Of a stretch of DNA of 64,000 bases, positions 54,505 through 64,000 are shown piece by piece. Positions within the stretch are counted from its first letter, which is position 1. Every line of letters begins with the position of its first letter. The stretch comes from Dehalococcoidia bacterium (lineage in GTDB: Bacteria; Chloroflexota; Dehalococcoidia; Lucifugimonadales; UBA1123), in the NCBI GenBank assembly GCA_963664365.1, contig OY761144.1, positions 1,513,596-1,577,595 on the forward strand, read 5' to 3'. Under the pieces are notes generated by a model. That model was not told the DNA's origin. It searched no databases and was given only the letters and a program-made list of their open reading frames with translations. The position numbers and the translations under genes were made by a program.

Positions 54505-57500
54505 CGCGACTTCTTGACATACGGATTCTGACGCGGGCCGCGCTCGGCGCGATACTGGCGCTGTGCCTGCTGTCGGCGGCTTGTGATGATTCCCCGGAGC
54601 CGTCGCCTACGGCCACGCCGGCAGCGGTGGTCGTGGCGGTCCCGACAGCTACGTCCGAGCCGACCAATACGCCTACGCCAACTCCGACTGCCACAGCGAC
54701 GCCTGCGCCGACTCGCACGCCAACTCCTACGCCGACCGTCACGCCAACTCCTACGCCGACTGTCACACCCACTCCTACGCCAACTGTTACGCCTACGTCC
54801 GCGCCGACCGACACACCCACGCCTACGCCGACCATCACGCCTATACCGACGCCGACCATCACGCCAACGTCTGCGCCGACTGTCACGCCTACGCCTGTGC
54901 CGACCGACACACCTACGCCAACGCCGACTATCACGCCTACGCCTGTGCCGACCGATACACCCACGCCGACGCCGACTGTCACGCCTACGCCTACTCCCAC
55001 TTACACCGCGACGCCTACCGCCACTTACACGCCGACGCCTACTCCCACATACACCCCGACGCCTACCCCTACTTACACCCCGACGCCTACTCCCACTCAC
55101 ACCCCGACGCCCGTGCCGCCCCAGCCGGGGGAGTCGCTGTGGAGTTCAGCTATAACCATGGGGTGGAGCAGCAACCCCGTAGTCCGAGACGGAGTGGTGT
55201 ATCTGAGCGATTGGTGGGATGGCATCCTCCGCGCAATCGACTCTGAAACCGGCGCGGACCGGTGGACGTACCAATCCGCCGACCGCATCATACCCGGCGC
55301 CGCCGTTACGGAGAGCATTGTCGTCATCAGTGACACAAGCGGCAGCGTGACTGCTCTCGACTCCTCAACTGGGAAAACGGCGTGGAGCTTAGAAGGTTAT
55401 TCGGCTATCCAAACAGGAGTCTCTACCGACGGACTGCGGGCGTTCTTCGGAACCAGCGGCGGTCAGGTTTATGGTCTTGACCTGAGCGACGGCAGCGTCG
55501 TGTGGGAGATGGAGGTTGGCAGTTCGCCCTGGGCACGCGGAGTCGCCGTTGGGGACGGCATCGTCTATTTCGCTCACTCCGATGAACTGATTCGCGCGCT
55601 TAATGTCGAGACCGGAGAATCGATCTGGGAGTCAGCCTTAGACAGCGTGCCGTCCGGCCCAATGACGGTTCAGCACGGGATGGTCTTTGCCGGCTCTGTG
55701 TCTGGGATGGCCTATGCTTTCGACGCAGCGACCGGCGAGACGGTCTGGAGTTATAAGACGGACGGTTTCATAATGGGGCCTCCCGTCGCCTGGAACGACA
55801 CGGCATTCTTCGGATCCGACGACGGCTTCGTTTACGCGGTCGGACTGGACGACGGCGAATTGAAATGGCGCTTTCGCTCGGGCGGACACGTCCGCTCCAT
55901 GCTCGCCGCCGACGCGGGCGTGGTGTACTTCGGCGCCACGGACGGATTCGCCTACGCCTTGGACGCCGAGACCGGTTCGCTCGCGTGGAAATTCGGCGCC
56001 GGACAAGAAGTGGGCGGCAGAGTCGTCGTGGACGGCGGCATAGTGTACTTCCTGTCCTATACCAGCTACATCCACGCCCTCGTCGCGGGACTTCCCGAGG
56101 ATTTCGATCCGGACGCCCCCACTGTCTGCCCAACCGCCTCCGCCGGTCAACTACTGCTGGTGCTGACCGACAACAACCGCAGGGCCTCGGACACACCGGA
56201 AGCCGGCTCTCTCATCTGGAGTTTGGAGGGGAATCAGAACCTGCGGGAATGGATTCTCTTCGACGGCGACACAACATATCTCTCCGCCGGAGACGGCTCT
56301 CTCTACGCGGTTCACAGCTCCACCGAGCGCACGAAGTGGAGCTACGGCACGAGCGGACCGATTAACGCGGAACCCGCCATTTCGGGCGATCTGCTGGTGT
56401 TCGCCGACGCCGGCGGGTGCGTACACGCGGTGAACAGGGAGTCGGGGGAAGCAGTCTGGCAGACGGCGCTTGGGTCGCCTCCCAAAGGGAATGTCTCCGC
56501 AGACGGGGAGAGGGTGTACATGGCGCTCTCAAACGGAGACGTGCAGGCGCTCTATTTGGAAGACGGTTCCGCCGCATGGAACTTCGCGCCGAAAGGGTGG
56601 CCGCAAGGCGGCGTCACGCTTGCGGATGAGTCGGTGTACTTCGCCACAGACAGCGCGCTCGTTTACGCTCTCGAAGCTCCCACCGGCGATGAGTTATGGC
56701 AGGCGGAGACGCTGTATGGTTCAAGCACTGCGCCAATCATAACCGATGGTCTTGTGATTGCGGGGTCGCCGGACGAGCGCGTTTACGCCTTCGACGCCGA
56801 GACGGGGGCGCTGGCGTGGAACTACTGGGCATTGCAGCCCGTCAGGGCCTCCGTGGTCGAATCGGACGGAGACGTCTTCTTCGCGTCGGACAAGGGCTAC
56901 GCGTACTCGGTTGACGTCTTGACGGGGCGTTTGAACTGGCGGGCGACGACTACCAAAATGGTGTCTTCCGCGTCCGGCGCTACAGGCGGCCAGGAAGAGG
57001 TCTCGCCGGCGGTCGATGGCGGCTTGGCGTACGCCGTGTCGGACCAGGATGAGATTGTGGCGCTGGACGCCGAGAACGGGGCGGAAGTATGGAGGTTCGA
57101 CGCGCGCGCAGCCGTGACCTCGCTCGAAGCTGGTAACGAAAACGTGTATGCCTCTCTGTCCGACGGACGAATAATCGCGCTTGCGGGCGGATTCAGCGAG
57201 GATTACGAGCCTCCCGATCCACCTCTGCCATCCGAAGAGCCTGAGTTCGTCCCGCTCACGCCCCTGGAGATACGGGACGCCATCGAATTCCTAACCGAGG
57301 CGGACGAGAGACAGGTGCGGGTGGAAGCGCAAGTGACCACTACGGAGGGGAAATACTGGACGATCGTTGACCACTCCGACCAAGTCATCGGCGTCTTCGG
57401 CGCCGCATACTACCTCCTGACCGGAAGGAGCTACCAGCAGGACGGCATAGAGGCGCGGTATCCGACAAGGGCGGAAAACCTTGCACGGTACGGCGACAGG

Positions 57501-58148
57501 GCGCCGCACTACGGCGGCTTCTGCTGCGAGCAGACTGAGACGGGGCTCGTCTTCGTAGTGCGCGGCGAGTTCCCGCTCAAGTGGGCAGTCCGCGCTTCGG
57601 CCCACGAGGTCGGCCATGCGCTTCAACGGCTGCTCAACCCGGCGCAGATGCGCGCTGCCGGGCCGCTTGCAGGCGCGTTGTGGGAAGCTCAGGCAGGCTC
57701 ATTCGAAGGGGCCGTATTCCGCACCATAGGTGAGTACGCCGACCTAGAATCGGCGGCATTCCCCAACGATCAGTGGGCGCGGCAAGAGATCGACGCCCTT
57801 CGGCAGCGTATGCAAAACGCGCTCTCCGACGAGCCGCAAGGCCCGCAGGACAGGAGCAGCATCATAATCTGGCACGCGATTCTGCACGACCCGGACCTGG
57901 CCCACCTCAAGGAGGAACTCGACCGCGAGGGACGGCTGTCGGGCGCTTCATATCTCGAGCTGTACTACAAACTCGCCATGATCCCGCCGTCGCAGGTGAC
58001 CCCTTACGTGGAGGCGATTACGCCGGACACGCGCGCTGAGATCTCGAACGATCTGAACTACATCACCTCGATACTCATCAAGCGAATTGGGCGCGGACCT
58101 CATCCTGGATTCATCGCTCTCGTGGAGACGACGCTCCTCCTGCCGTGA
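54501..58148 (+). CDS. large lipoprotein: Pro/Thr linker, many PQQ-like (BamB-type) beta-propeller repeats, and a C-terminal domain with an HEVGH zinc-peptidase-like motif
   Basis: ATG at 54501 overlaps the sulfatase stop codon (ATGA). Lipobox LLSAAC. Repeated motifs of the G.VYA.D..TG...W type. [12 protein letters not shown] lies near residue 1030 of the mature ORF. Confidence 0.75.
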   Translation: MTRLLDIRILTRAALGAILALCLLSAACDDSPEPSPTATPAAVVVAVPTATSEPTNTPTPTPTATATPAPTRTPTPTPTVTPTPTPTVTPTPTPTVTPTSAPTDTPTPTPTITPIPTPTITPTSAPTVTPTPVPTDTPTPTPTITPTPVPTDTPTPTPTVTPTPTPTYTATPTATYTPTPTPTYTPTPTPTYTPTPTPTHTPTPVPPQPGESLWSSAITMGWSSNPVVRDGVVYLSDWWDGILRAIDSETGADRWTYQSADRIIPGAAVTESIVVISDTSGSVTALDSSTGKTAWSLEGYSAIQTGVSTDGLRAFFGTSGGQVYGLDLSDGSVVWEMEVGSSPWARGVAVGDGIVYFAHSDELIRALNVETGESIWESALDSVPSGPMTVQHGMVFAGSVSGMAYAFDAATGETVWSYKTDGFIMGPPVAWNDTAFFGSDDGFVYAVGLDDGELKWRFRSGGHVRSMLAADAGVVYFGATDGFAYALDAETGSLAWKFGAGQEVGGRVVVDGGIVYFLSYTSYIHALVAGLPEDFDPDAPTVCPTASAGQLLLVLTDNNRRASDTPEAGSLIWSLEGNQNLREWILFDGDTTYLSAGDGSLYAVHSSTERTKWSYGTSGPINAEPAISGDLLVFADAGGCVHAVNRESGEAVWQTALGSPPKGNVSADGERVYMALSNGDVQALYLEDGSAAWNFAPKGWPQGGVTLADESVYFATDSALVYALEAPTGDELWQAETLYGSSTAPIITDGLVIAGSPDERVYAFDAETGALAWNYWALQPVRASVVESDGDVFFASDKGYAYSVDVLTGRLNWRATTTKMVSSASGATGGQEEVSPAVDGGLAYAVSDQDEIVALDAENGAEVWRFDARAAVTSLEAGNENVYASLSDGRIIALAGGFSEDYEPPDPPLPSEEPEFVPLTPLEIRDAIEFLTEADERQVRVEAQVTTTEGKYWTIVDHSDQVIGVFGAAYYLLTGRSYQQDGIEARYPTRAENLARYGDRAPHYGGFCCEQTETGLVFVVRGEFPLKWAVRASAHEVGHALQRLLNPAQMRAAGPLAGALWEAQAGSFEGAVFRTIGEYADLESAAFPNDQWARQEIDALRQRMQNALSDEPQGPQDRSSIIIWHAILHDPDLAHLKEELDREGRLSGASYLELYYKLAMIPPSQVTPYVEAITPDTRAEISNDLNYITSILIKRIGRGPHPGFIALVETTLLLP
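54664..55120 (+). repeat. coding Pro/Thr low-complexity repeat ([10 protein letters not shown] / [10 protein letters not shown] units)
   Basis: Visible in the DNA and the translation. It generates long Arg-rich and Gly/Val-rich shadow ORFs on other frames. Confidence 0.9.
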
Positions 58149-58208
58149 GGCTGAATCTTGGACCACCCGCGACTGCGGACGCGGCGGTCAGAGGTTGGGA
58201 GAGGCGCG

Positions 58209-58964
58209 CTAGGGCCTAATGCCGGTCACGCCGCCGTCTATGACCAATTCTGAGCCGGTGACGAATGAGGATTCGTCCGACGCCAGGTAGAGGGCGCCGT
58301 AGGCGATGTCTTCGGGCTGTCCGAGCCTCCCCAGAGGAACGCTGAAGACCCTCTTATTCGGGTCGCCCGCTCCGAGTTCCCGGATCATGTCGGTGTCGAT
58401 GGGGCCGGGATGTATGGAGTTGGCCCTGATCTTGTCGGCGGCTAACCTCCCGGCAGTGGACTTGGTGAACGCGCGCGCGGCGCCCTTGGACGCCGCGTAA
58501 ACTGGCGAGGCCTGAGTCCGTCCCACCATGCCGGCTATGGAGGATATGTTGACAATCGAGCCGCCTCCGGCGCGCCGCATGGCCGGAACCGCGTACTTCG
58601 TGCCCAGGAAGACGCCCTTGGCGTTCACGTCCATAGTCAGGTCCCATTCTTCGGGAGGCGCGTCCACATCTCTGTGCCTCAGTGAAATGCCCGCGTTGTT
58701 GACCAAGATGTCCAGGCTGCCGTACTTGCTCTCGGCGAGGTCCACTGCCCGCTGCCAGTCGGCCTCGCTCGTCACGTCGAGGTGGATATACTCGACCTTG
58801 CCGCCGAGTTCGGCAACCCTGGCCTCGACCTTCTTGCCTTCGTCATCGAGCAGGTCTCCGAAGACGACCGTTGCCCCCTCGCCGGCGAAGAGTTCGACTT
58901 CGGCCGCGCCCTGACCCTTTGCGCCGCCGGTAATGATCGCAACTTTGCCTTCAAGTCTTCTCAC
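58209..58964 (-). CDS. SDR-family oxidoreductase (paralogue of 2045..2794)
   Basis: GKVAIITGGAKGQG, NNAG, YAASK. Confidence 0.9.
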   Translation of the reverse strand: MRRLEGKVAIITGGAKGQGAAEVELFAGEGATVVFGDLLDDEGKKVEARVAELGGKVEYIHLDVTSEADWQRAVDLAESKYGSLDILVNNAGISLRHRDVDAPPEEWDLTMDVNAKGVFLGTKYAVPAMRRAGGGSIVNISSIAGMVGRTQASPVYAASKGAARAFTKSTAGRLAADKIRANSIHPGPIDTDMIRELGAGDPNKRVFSVPLGRLGQPEDIAYGALYLASDESSFVTGSELVIDGGVTGIRP

Positions 58965-58991
58965 GCGATTCTCCCGTCCGTCCGGCTAATA

Positions 58992-61238
58992 TCAGCTTTC
59001 TCTCAGCGCTTCGACCACTGCCTGCGGGTTCATCGGCAGGCTGCGGAGGCGGACGCCGGCGGCGTTGTGTATGGCGTTGGCGACGGCGGCCAGGGGCGCG
59101 GCGATGTTGGCTTCGCCGACGCCTCGGACTCCGAAGGGGTGCCCGGGGTTGTTGACCTCGACGATTACGGCGTCGATCATGGGCAAGTCCAGGCTGGTGG
59201 GCATACGGTAGTCCAGCAGGCTGGTGTTCATCATGGCGCCGTCTTCGCCCATGTAGTACTCTTCGTTGAGCGCCCATCCGATGCCCTGGGCCGCGCCTCC
59301 CTGTATCTGCCCCTCGACGTAGGAAGGGTGGATGGCGAATCCGGCATCCTGGAAGGCGGTGTAGCGGAGGATGTCAACCTTGCCGGTGTCGGCGTCGAGT
59401 TCGAGGTCAACTAGGTTGGCGGCGTATGAGCCTCCCTGACCTCCGGGGTTGAGGTTGGCGCGTCCGACTACTGGGCCTCCGGTCTCGCCGAGGCGAGCGG
59501 CTATCTCTTTGAATGTGAATCTGAGTTCGGAGTCGGACTTGTGCTGAAGGGCGCCGTCCACGTACTCGACGTTATCCGGGTCGGTGTCCCACAGGAGGGA
59601 TGCGCGGACGATGAGTTGCTGCATGACGTCCATGGCGGCCTCGTGCGCTGCCCAGCCGGACTTGAACGCGACGCCGCTGCCGCCGGTGACGGAGGTGTAG
59701 CCTATCATGTCGGTGTCTCCGATGGTGGGGTTGACGTCCTCGACGGGGATTCCGAGTACTTCGGCGAACTGCTGGGCGATGGCGGTGCGGGTTCCGCCGA
59801 TGTCAACCGAACCCTCGACGAGGCTGACCGAGCCGTCGTCTAGGACATTTGCCACAACGCAAGCGGGGCCCGCGTTGTTTCGGCAGAAGCCCATGCTCCA
59901 GCCGCGTCCGCGGAGCTTGCCGTCTATCTGCTCCAATGGAGCGGAGAAGTGCGGGTGCTCTCTCACCGTGTGCATGACTTCCTCTGCGCCGATGCGTCCG
60001 TTCATGACGCCGTCCGCGCGGCGGTCGCCCTGTCGCGCGACGTTCAGGAGGCGGAGTTCGACCGAGTCGATTCCGAGCGCCTCGGCTATCTCGTCGATGA
60101 GCGTCTCGGTGGCGTACATGACGATGGGCGCGCCCGGCGCGCGGTATGCCTGTGTACGCGGCTTGTTGGAGACGACGTCGTAGCCGTCGATCTGAACGTT
60201 TTCGATCAGATAAGGCGCGAAGACGGCGGACGAGGCGCCGGCGAGCGGGGCTCCGGGGAATGCGCCGGCTTCGAGGGCCATCCAGCAGTGGGCGGCAGTG
60301 ATTCGTCCTTCGTTGGTGACGCCGATCTTGATGCGGACGAGGCTGCCGGAGGTGGGCCCGGTGGCCTGGAGCACCTCGGTACGGTCCATGACCATCTTGA
60401 CGGGGTTCCCGCTCTTCTTGGACATGACCGCGGCGACGGGTTCGAGGTAGGGCGGAATCTTGCCGCCGAATCCGCCGCCGATCTCTAGCGGGACGACTTT
60501 GACGTCGGAGACTGGCAGGCCGAGGATACGGGCGGTATTGTCTCGCACTCCAAAGTGGCCTTGGCTTGAGCACCAGACGGTCAGGCGTCCGTCGGGCGCC
60601 CACCATGCGGTGGCGTTCTGAGGCTCGATGTAGCCTTGGTGTACGGTGCTGGTGCGGTATTCGCGCTCGAAGACCCGGTCGGCCTCCGCGAAACCGGCTT
60701 CGGGGTCGCCGAAACGGTGCTGTTCGAGCCCGGCGACGTTGACGCCGCCGGGCAGGTCGGGGTTGTTGGGCCAGGTGTCGTGAAGCGGCAGGGCGTCGTC
60801 GGCCATGGACTCCTCGACGTTGGTGTAGGCGGGCAGGACTTCGTACTCGACCTCGATGAGAGACAGAATCTCCTCGGCGGCGTGAGGGCTGACGGCCGCG
60901 ACCGCGGCGATGGCGTGACCTTTGTACAGCGCCTTGTCGCGGGCGAGAATGTTGTCGCTGGGCATCTGGCCGAGGACCGCGATTGGGCCGATGGGGGCCG
61001 AAGGGGGAAAGTCGGCGTAGGTAGCGACGGCCCTGGCGTCGGGATGGGCCTCGGCCCTGGACGTGTCGATGCTCAGGATGCGTGCGTGCGCGTGAGGGGA
61101 GCGTAGCGCCTTTCCGTAGAGCATACCGGGCAGATTCATGTCTGCGCCGTACACGGCGCGTCCGGTGACCTTGTCCGCTCCGTCGTGCCTGATGGGTCTC
61201 GTGCCGACTACTTTGTACTCTTTGGTGGCTGTGGTCAT
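58992..61238 (-). CDS. xanthine dehydrogenase/aldehyde oxidase/CO dehydrogenase-family molybdopterin-binding large subunit
   Basis: VVGTRPIRHDGADKVTGRAVYGAD N-terminus, GGGFGGK, and a length of about 748 aa from the ATG at 61238 (after an SD). No small or medium subunit gene is adjacent. Confidence 0.85.
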   Translation of the reverse strand: MTTATKEYKVVGTRPIRHDGADKVTGRAVYGADMNLPGMLYGKALRSPHAHARILSIDTSRAEAHPDARAVATYADFPPSAPIGPIAVLGQMPSDNILARDKALYKGHAIAAVAAVSPHAAEEILSLIEVEYEVLPAYTNVEESMADDALPLHDTWPNNPDLPGGVNVAGLEQHRFGDPEAGFAEADRVFEREYRTSTVHQGYIEPQNATAWWAPDGRLTVWCSSQGHFGVRDNTARILGLPVSDVKVVPLEIGGGFGGKIPPYLEPVAAVMSKKSGNPVKMVMDRTEVLQATGPTSGSLVRIKIGVTNEGRITAAHCWMALEAGAFPGAPLAGASSAVFAPYLIENVQIDGYDVVSNKPRTQAYRAPGAPIVMYATETLIDEIAEALGIDSVELRLLNVARQGDRRADGVMNGRIGAEEVMHTVREHPHFSAPLEQIDGKLRGRGWSMGFCRNNAGPACVVANVLDDGSVSLVEGSVDIGGTRTAIAQQFAEVLGIPVEDVNPTIGDTDMIGYTSVTGGSGVAFKSGWAAHEAAMDVMQQLIVRASLLWDTDPDNVEYVDGALQHKSDSELRFTFKEIAARLGETGGPVVGRANLNPGGQGGSYAANLVDLELDADTGKVDILRYTAFQDAGFAIHPSYVEGQIQGGAAQGIGWALNEEYYMGEDGAMMNTSLLDYRMPTSLDLPMIDAVIVEVNNPGHPFGVRGVGEANIAAPLAAVANAIHNAAGVRLRSLPMNPQAVVEALRES

Positions 61239-61444
61239 GTCGTAGGACCTCTCGATCACTTCACGTCGGGAACCGTTGCGGCGGTTCAATCTATTCTGGA
61301 TTGACATTATAATCCAAGAAGGGCTACAATCACACATACTTCTTCCCCGTCCGCTGGACATGGGCTTGGCCCAGAGTTCCCCGGCCGGGGTTTTGTATTT
61401 CCCACAGACTACCGGCCCCGGCGACGGAACGCTTGACCCTCTGC

Positions 61445-63505
61445 CTATGGCCGCTCCTCGAACCCCAAATCATAGCCCGCGCTATGGCGGGTGTCGGGGG
61501 TGACAGGGGATACGACGACGACTGCTCGGTCGGCTCCGGTCAGGATCATCTCCGCCTGGTTTCGGTCGTCAAGGTCGAGCCTGGAGATCTGGAAGTCGCC
61601 ATCGGAGGACATCTCTATGACCTGCGCGATGAAGCGCTGAGGCAGCGGACTCCCGGCAAGCCTGAATCCGTCGGAACTCCAAGCGTCATCTTGAGAGCTC
61701 AGATCAAGGTCCAACTCCGGGATGGAAAGATCGTCTATGAGGAGTCCGTCGAGATAAACGGCGTCGTCGGTGACGTACTCGAACCTGACAAGTACGGGGC
61801 CGCCGGCGAAAGGGGTGAGGTCGATCGACTCTCGGAGCCACTCACCGCTCGACCCCGTATATCCGGGGCCGTATGCGTTGCCGCTGGGGTTGTCTGTGGT
61901 GGTGTGTCGGCCTTCGAGGATGTTCCAGGTCCGGCCGCCGTCGTCGGAAGCCTCGACGTAGGCGTAGTCCCAGCCCTCCTCGATCTCGTGCCAGACCATG
62001 AACTCCAAGGTCGCTTCGTCCAGGCCGGTCAGGTCTAACTCGCGGATCAGGGCGGTGTCGATGCCGTCGCCTCGTCCGCTCCACCAGCAGAGCGCTTCTT
62101 CCACGCAGTCGGCGCCGACCTGCCGGACGCCGGTCTCGCCCTTGAAGGTGAGAACGCCGCCCGCAGAGCCTGCGTCGATCTTGTGGTAGCGCGCCGAGAA
62201 CTGGGGCTGAGTTCGGTCGATCGTTTGCCCCGGCGTGAGCGTGAGCGAAGGTCGGACGCTGACCTCATGACTTGGGTATCCGAACCGTTCATCGTCGGCG
62301 TCTAAGTAGTTTGCGATTACCCAGTCGCCGAACACTTCCAGAAAGCTCAGGCCGTGGCCGCTCAGATAGGAGTCGATGCCCTCGATGCCGTCCAGAGGCT
62401 CGGTTATCAGATCGGTCAGGTTCTGGTGGCCGCCGACCCTCTGGGCGAGATACCTCATGAACAGGGCGGATGCGCCGTAGTGAGGATAGCGGTCATGGGG
62501 TTCGTCGGCCCAGAAGTTGAGTTGGGTATCGGGGCGTCGGAGGAATGACCGGGGCGACTGCGACTCGTATCCGGCGACCTCGGACGCAAGCTCGGACAGC
62601 CCTTCATTCACCCAGGACTCTTCGCCATTATCGTGGTTGAAGTGGATGGCGTGCTGAAACTCGTGGGCGATGACCGACATGTACACGTCGTCGCCCGGAC
62701 TCAGCGCCTCGCTGTCCATGTAGATTATCTCTCGCTCGTTGCTGTGCGGATGGACGCTGGCAGGGAAGGCGTCGGCGGAGCCGAAGTAGCCGGCCGCGCC
62801 GTTGAGCTTGGCGTGGAGCACGAAGAGACGCGGGTCGCCGTCGATGCCCGGTTTTCTAATGTCTCCGAACGTCTCGACCACGGCGGGCCTGACACTGGTC
62901 TCGAAGATACGGGCGGCTTCCTCCAGGCCCTGCTCGTCGAAATCTACGTCGTTTTCTACGAACCAGTAGGCGTTGTCGCTGACGACTTGGAGAGTGGCGG
63001 TGATGCTGTAGGCGGAGATGTCGTCGAGGTTGAGTATCCAAAATGTCTCCTGCGCGCCCCGCGAGAGTGGGGCGGCCTCGACGGGAGATATATCTGACGG
63101 AGCTACGCCCCGGAGTCGGATGGCGAGTTCCTCGAGATCTCTGTCGGGTGGGCGAGATTCAACGATCTTCGGCAAATCGGGAAGCTCAGGACTTGGAACG
63201 GGTGTCGGCTGTCTCACAGGCGCTATGGTTGGCGTTGGGGCGGGTTTCGGAACAGGCGTGAAGGTGGGGGGTAGTTCGGGCGTATGCGGTGTTGCAGTCG
63301 GGAGAGCGACGGTTGGAGACGGGTCCGGTATTTGCGGCGTCGGAGTTGCGGGAGCGGCTGTTGGAGACGGTTCTGACGGTGTGGGTATGCGCTCGGATTT
63401 GGGAGCGGTGTCGGAGCCGCAGGCAAAGGACAGGCAGACGGCTATGGCCATGGCGACGCCGGCCGTCCATCTCAGGCTGAGTCTGCTTTGCTGTGTCGTT
63501 GTCAT
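61445..63505 (-). CDS. secreted lipoprotein zinc metallopeptidase (HEFQH...NEGLSE; M6/immune-inhibitor-A-like) with Pro/Thr linker
   Basis: Lipobox LSFAC, a PT-rich linker, VIAHEFQHAIHF...WVNEGLSELAS, and a beta-rich C-terminal half. Confidence 0.65.
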   Translation of the reverse strand: MTTTQQSRLSLRWTAGVAMAIAVCLSFACGSDTAPKSERIPTPSEPSPTAAPATPTPQIPDPSPTVALPTATPHTPELPPTFTPVPKPAPTPTIAPVRQPTPVPSPELPDLPKIVESRPPDRDLEELAIRLRGVAPSDISPVEAAPLSRGAQETFWILNLDDISAYSITATLQVVSDNAYWFVENDVDFDEQGLEEAARIFETSVRPAVVETFGDIRKPGIDGDPRLFVLHAKLNGAAGYFGSADAFPASVHPHSNEREIIYMDSEALSPGDDVYMSVIAHEFQHAIHFNHDNGEESWVNEGLSELASEVAGYESQSPRSFLRRPDTQLNFWADEPHDRYPHYGASALFMRYLAQRVGGHQNLTDLITEPLDGIEGIDSYLSGHGLSFLEVFGDWVIANYLDADDERFGYPSHEVSVRPSLTLTPGQTIDRTQPQFSARYHKIDAGSAGGVLTFKGETGVRQVGADCVEEALCWWSGRGDGIDTALIRELDLTGLDEATLEFMVWHEIEEGWDYAYVEASDDGGRTWNILEGRHTTTDNPSGNAYGPGYTGSSGEWLRESIDLTPFAGGPVLVRFEYVTDDAVYLDGLLIDDLSIPELDLDLSSQDDAWSSDGFRLAGSPLPQRFIAQVIEMSSDGDFQISRLDLDDRNQAEMILTGADRAVVVVSPVTPDTRHSAGYDLGFEERP

Positions 63506-63569
63506 GAGGATGCTCACAGGATATAACGTCACAGGGCGCGTATGGGTTCTCTTTGGAATGTAACCGCTC

Positions 63570-64000
63570 CTAAAGCGACAGCGTCGCTTGTCTTACCGCC
63601 GGTTCGGGTAAGGATTCCGTGCCGTCCGGCCAGACCTTTACGACGCCGTACTGTCCGTCGAAGCCGGGCCGCACGTAGATGTCGCCGGTACGGACTTTGC
63701 TTATGCCCTCCGCGAGTCGTTCGCCGTATCCTGGAAGGGCGGCGGCGATGTCCGAGGCTGCGGCGTCGAGCAGGACGGCAAGCTCAGTTCCGAACGACTC
63801 GACGAGGCCCATGTAGGCGGTCCGCACCCGCTTGGTGTTGACCCCGACTCCGATCACTTCTGCTAGTATCTGTTGCAGCGAGACCATCGACCTGAACGGC
63901 GGTCTGCCGTCGGGGTGCCTGACCATACCGTCGTCGTCGGGCCTCGCGTCTATCTCCCGTCGAGCCAACTCCTCTACTCGCTGCCCCACTCCCAGAGTCA
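63570..64000 (-). CDS. C-terminal part of an endonuclease Q / TIGR00375-like PHP-associated protein (runs off the right edge)
   Basis: ...KVRTGDIYVRPGFDGQYGVVKVW... tail motif. The frame stays open to the window edge. Confidence 0.45.
   Translation of the reverse strand, partial: TLGVGQRVEELARREIDARPDDDGMVRHPDGRPPFRSMVSLQQILAEVIGVGVNTKRVRTAYMGLVESFGTELAVLLDAAASDIAAALPGYGERLAEGISKVRTGDIYVRPGFDGQYGVVKVWPDGTESLPEPAVRQATLSL

Noticed and set aside
54096-55100. 334-aa Arg-rich minus-strand ORF, plus 54395..55000 (Gly/Val-rich) and 54583..55155 (Arg/Leu-rich).
   Set aside because: These are shadow frames of the Pro/Thr-repeat coding region of the 54501..58148 lipoprotein. They have extreme low-complexity composition and no start context.

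Overview
This is a 64 kb high-GC bacterial chromosomal window, gene-dense on both strands. By inference only, it looks like a marine Chloroflexota/SAR202-like monoderm: there are many lipobox proteins with Pro/Thr-rich linkers, Gram-positive-type LexA boxes, and a sulfatase/FGE/DUF1501/DUF1800 gene content.

Housekeeping genes I recognise: manC, ruvA, ruvC, yebC, trpB, alaS, ruvX, a DAHP synthase and tRNA-Trp.

Transport genes: three ABC-2-type exporter sets, ccmAB-like genes, and a peptide/nickel-type ABC importer.

Accessory content:
- An IS630-family element.
- A type I R-M locus with a fused HsdM-HsdS, a DUF3644 gene and a GxxExxY cassette.
- HicAB.
- Two nucleotidyltransferase/HEPN modules.
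- Two Cys-type sulfatases plus a formylglycine-generating enzyme.

Observations most worth follow-up:
1. Two exported lipoproteins, one TlpA/thioredoxin-like and one DUF3179, are each interrupted by a single in-frame UGA exactly at the first Cys of a CxxC motif. Each UGA is followed by a matching SECIS-like hairpin, so these are candidate UxxC selenoproteins.
2. A 21-codon leader ORF rich in Tyr/Phe (YGYFYF), followed by an intrinsic terminator, sits directly upstream of the DAHP synthase. This is a candidate aromatic-amino-acid attenuator.
3. A repeat-rich segment at 32.8-37.8 kb carries LexA boxes in front of an orphan TIGR03916-type DNA-repair radical SAM gene and in front of two uncharacterised genes.
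4. An uncharacterised two-gene operon plus a small antitoxin-like gene lies next to the R-M island.
5. Several families of structured intergenic repeats are present, and one copy is embedded in frame in the hsdM-S gene.

All family assignments come from reading the translations by eye. No database search was run.
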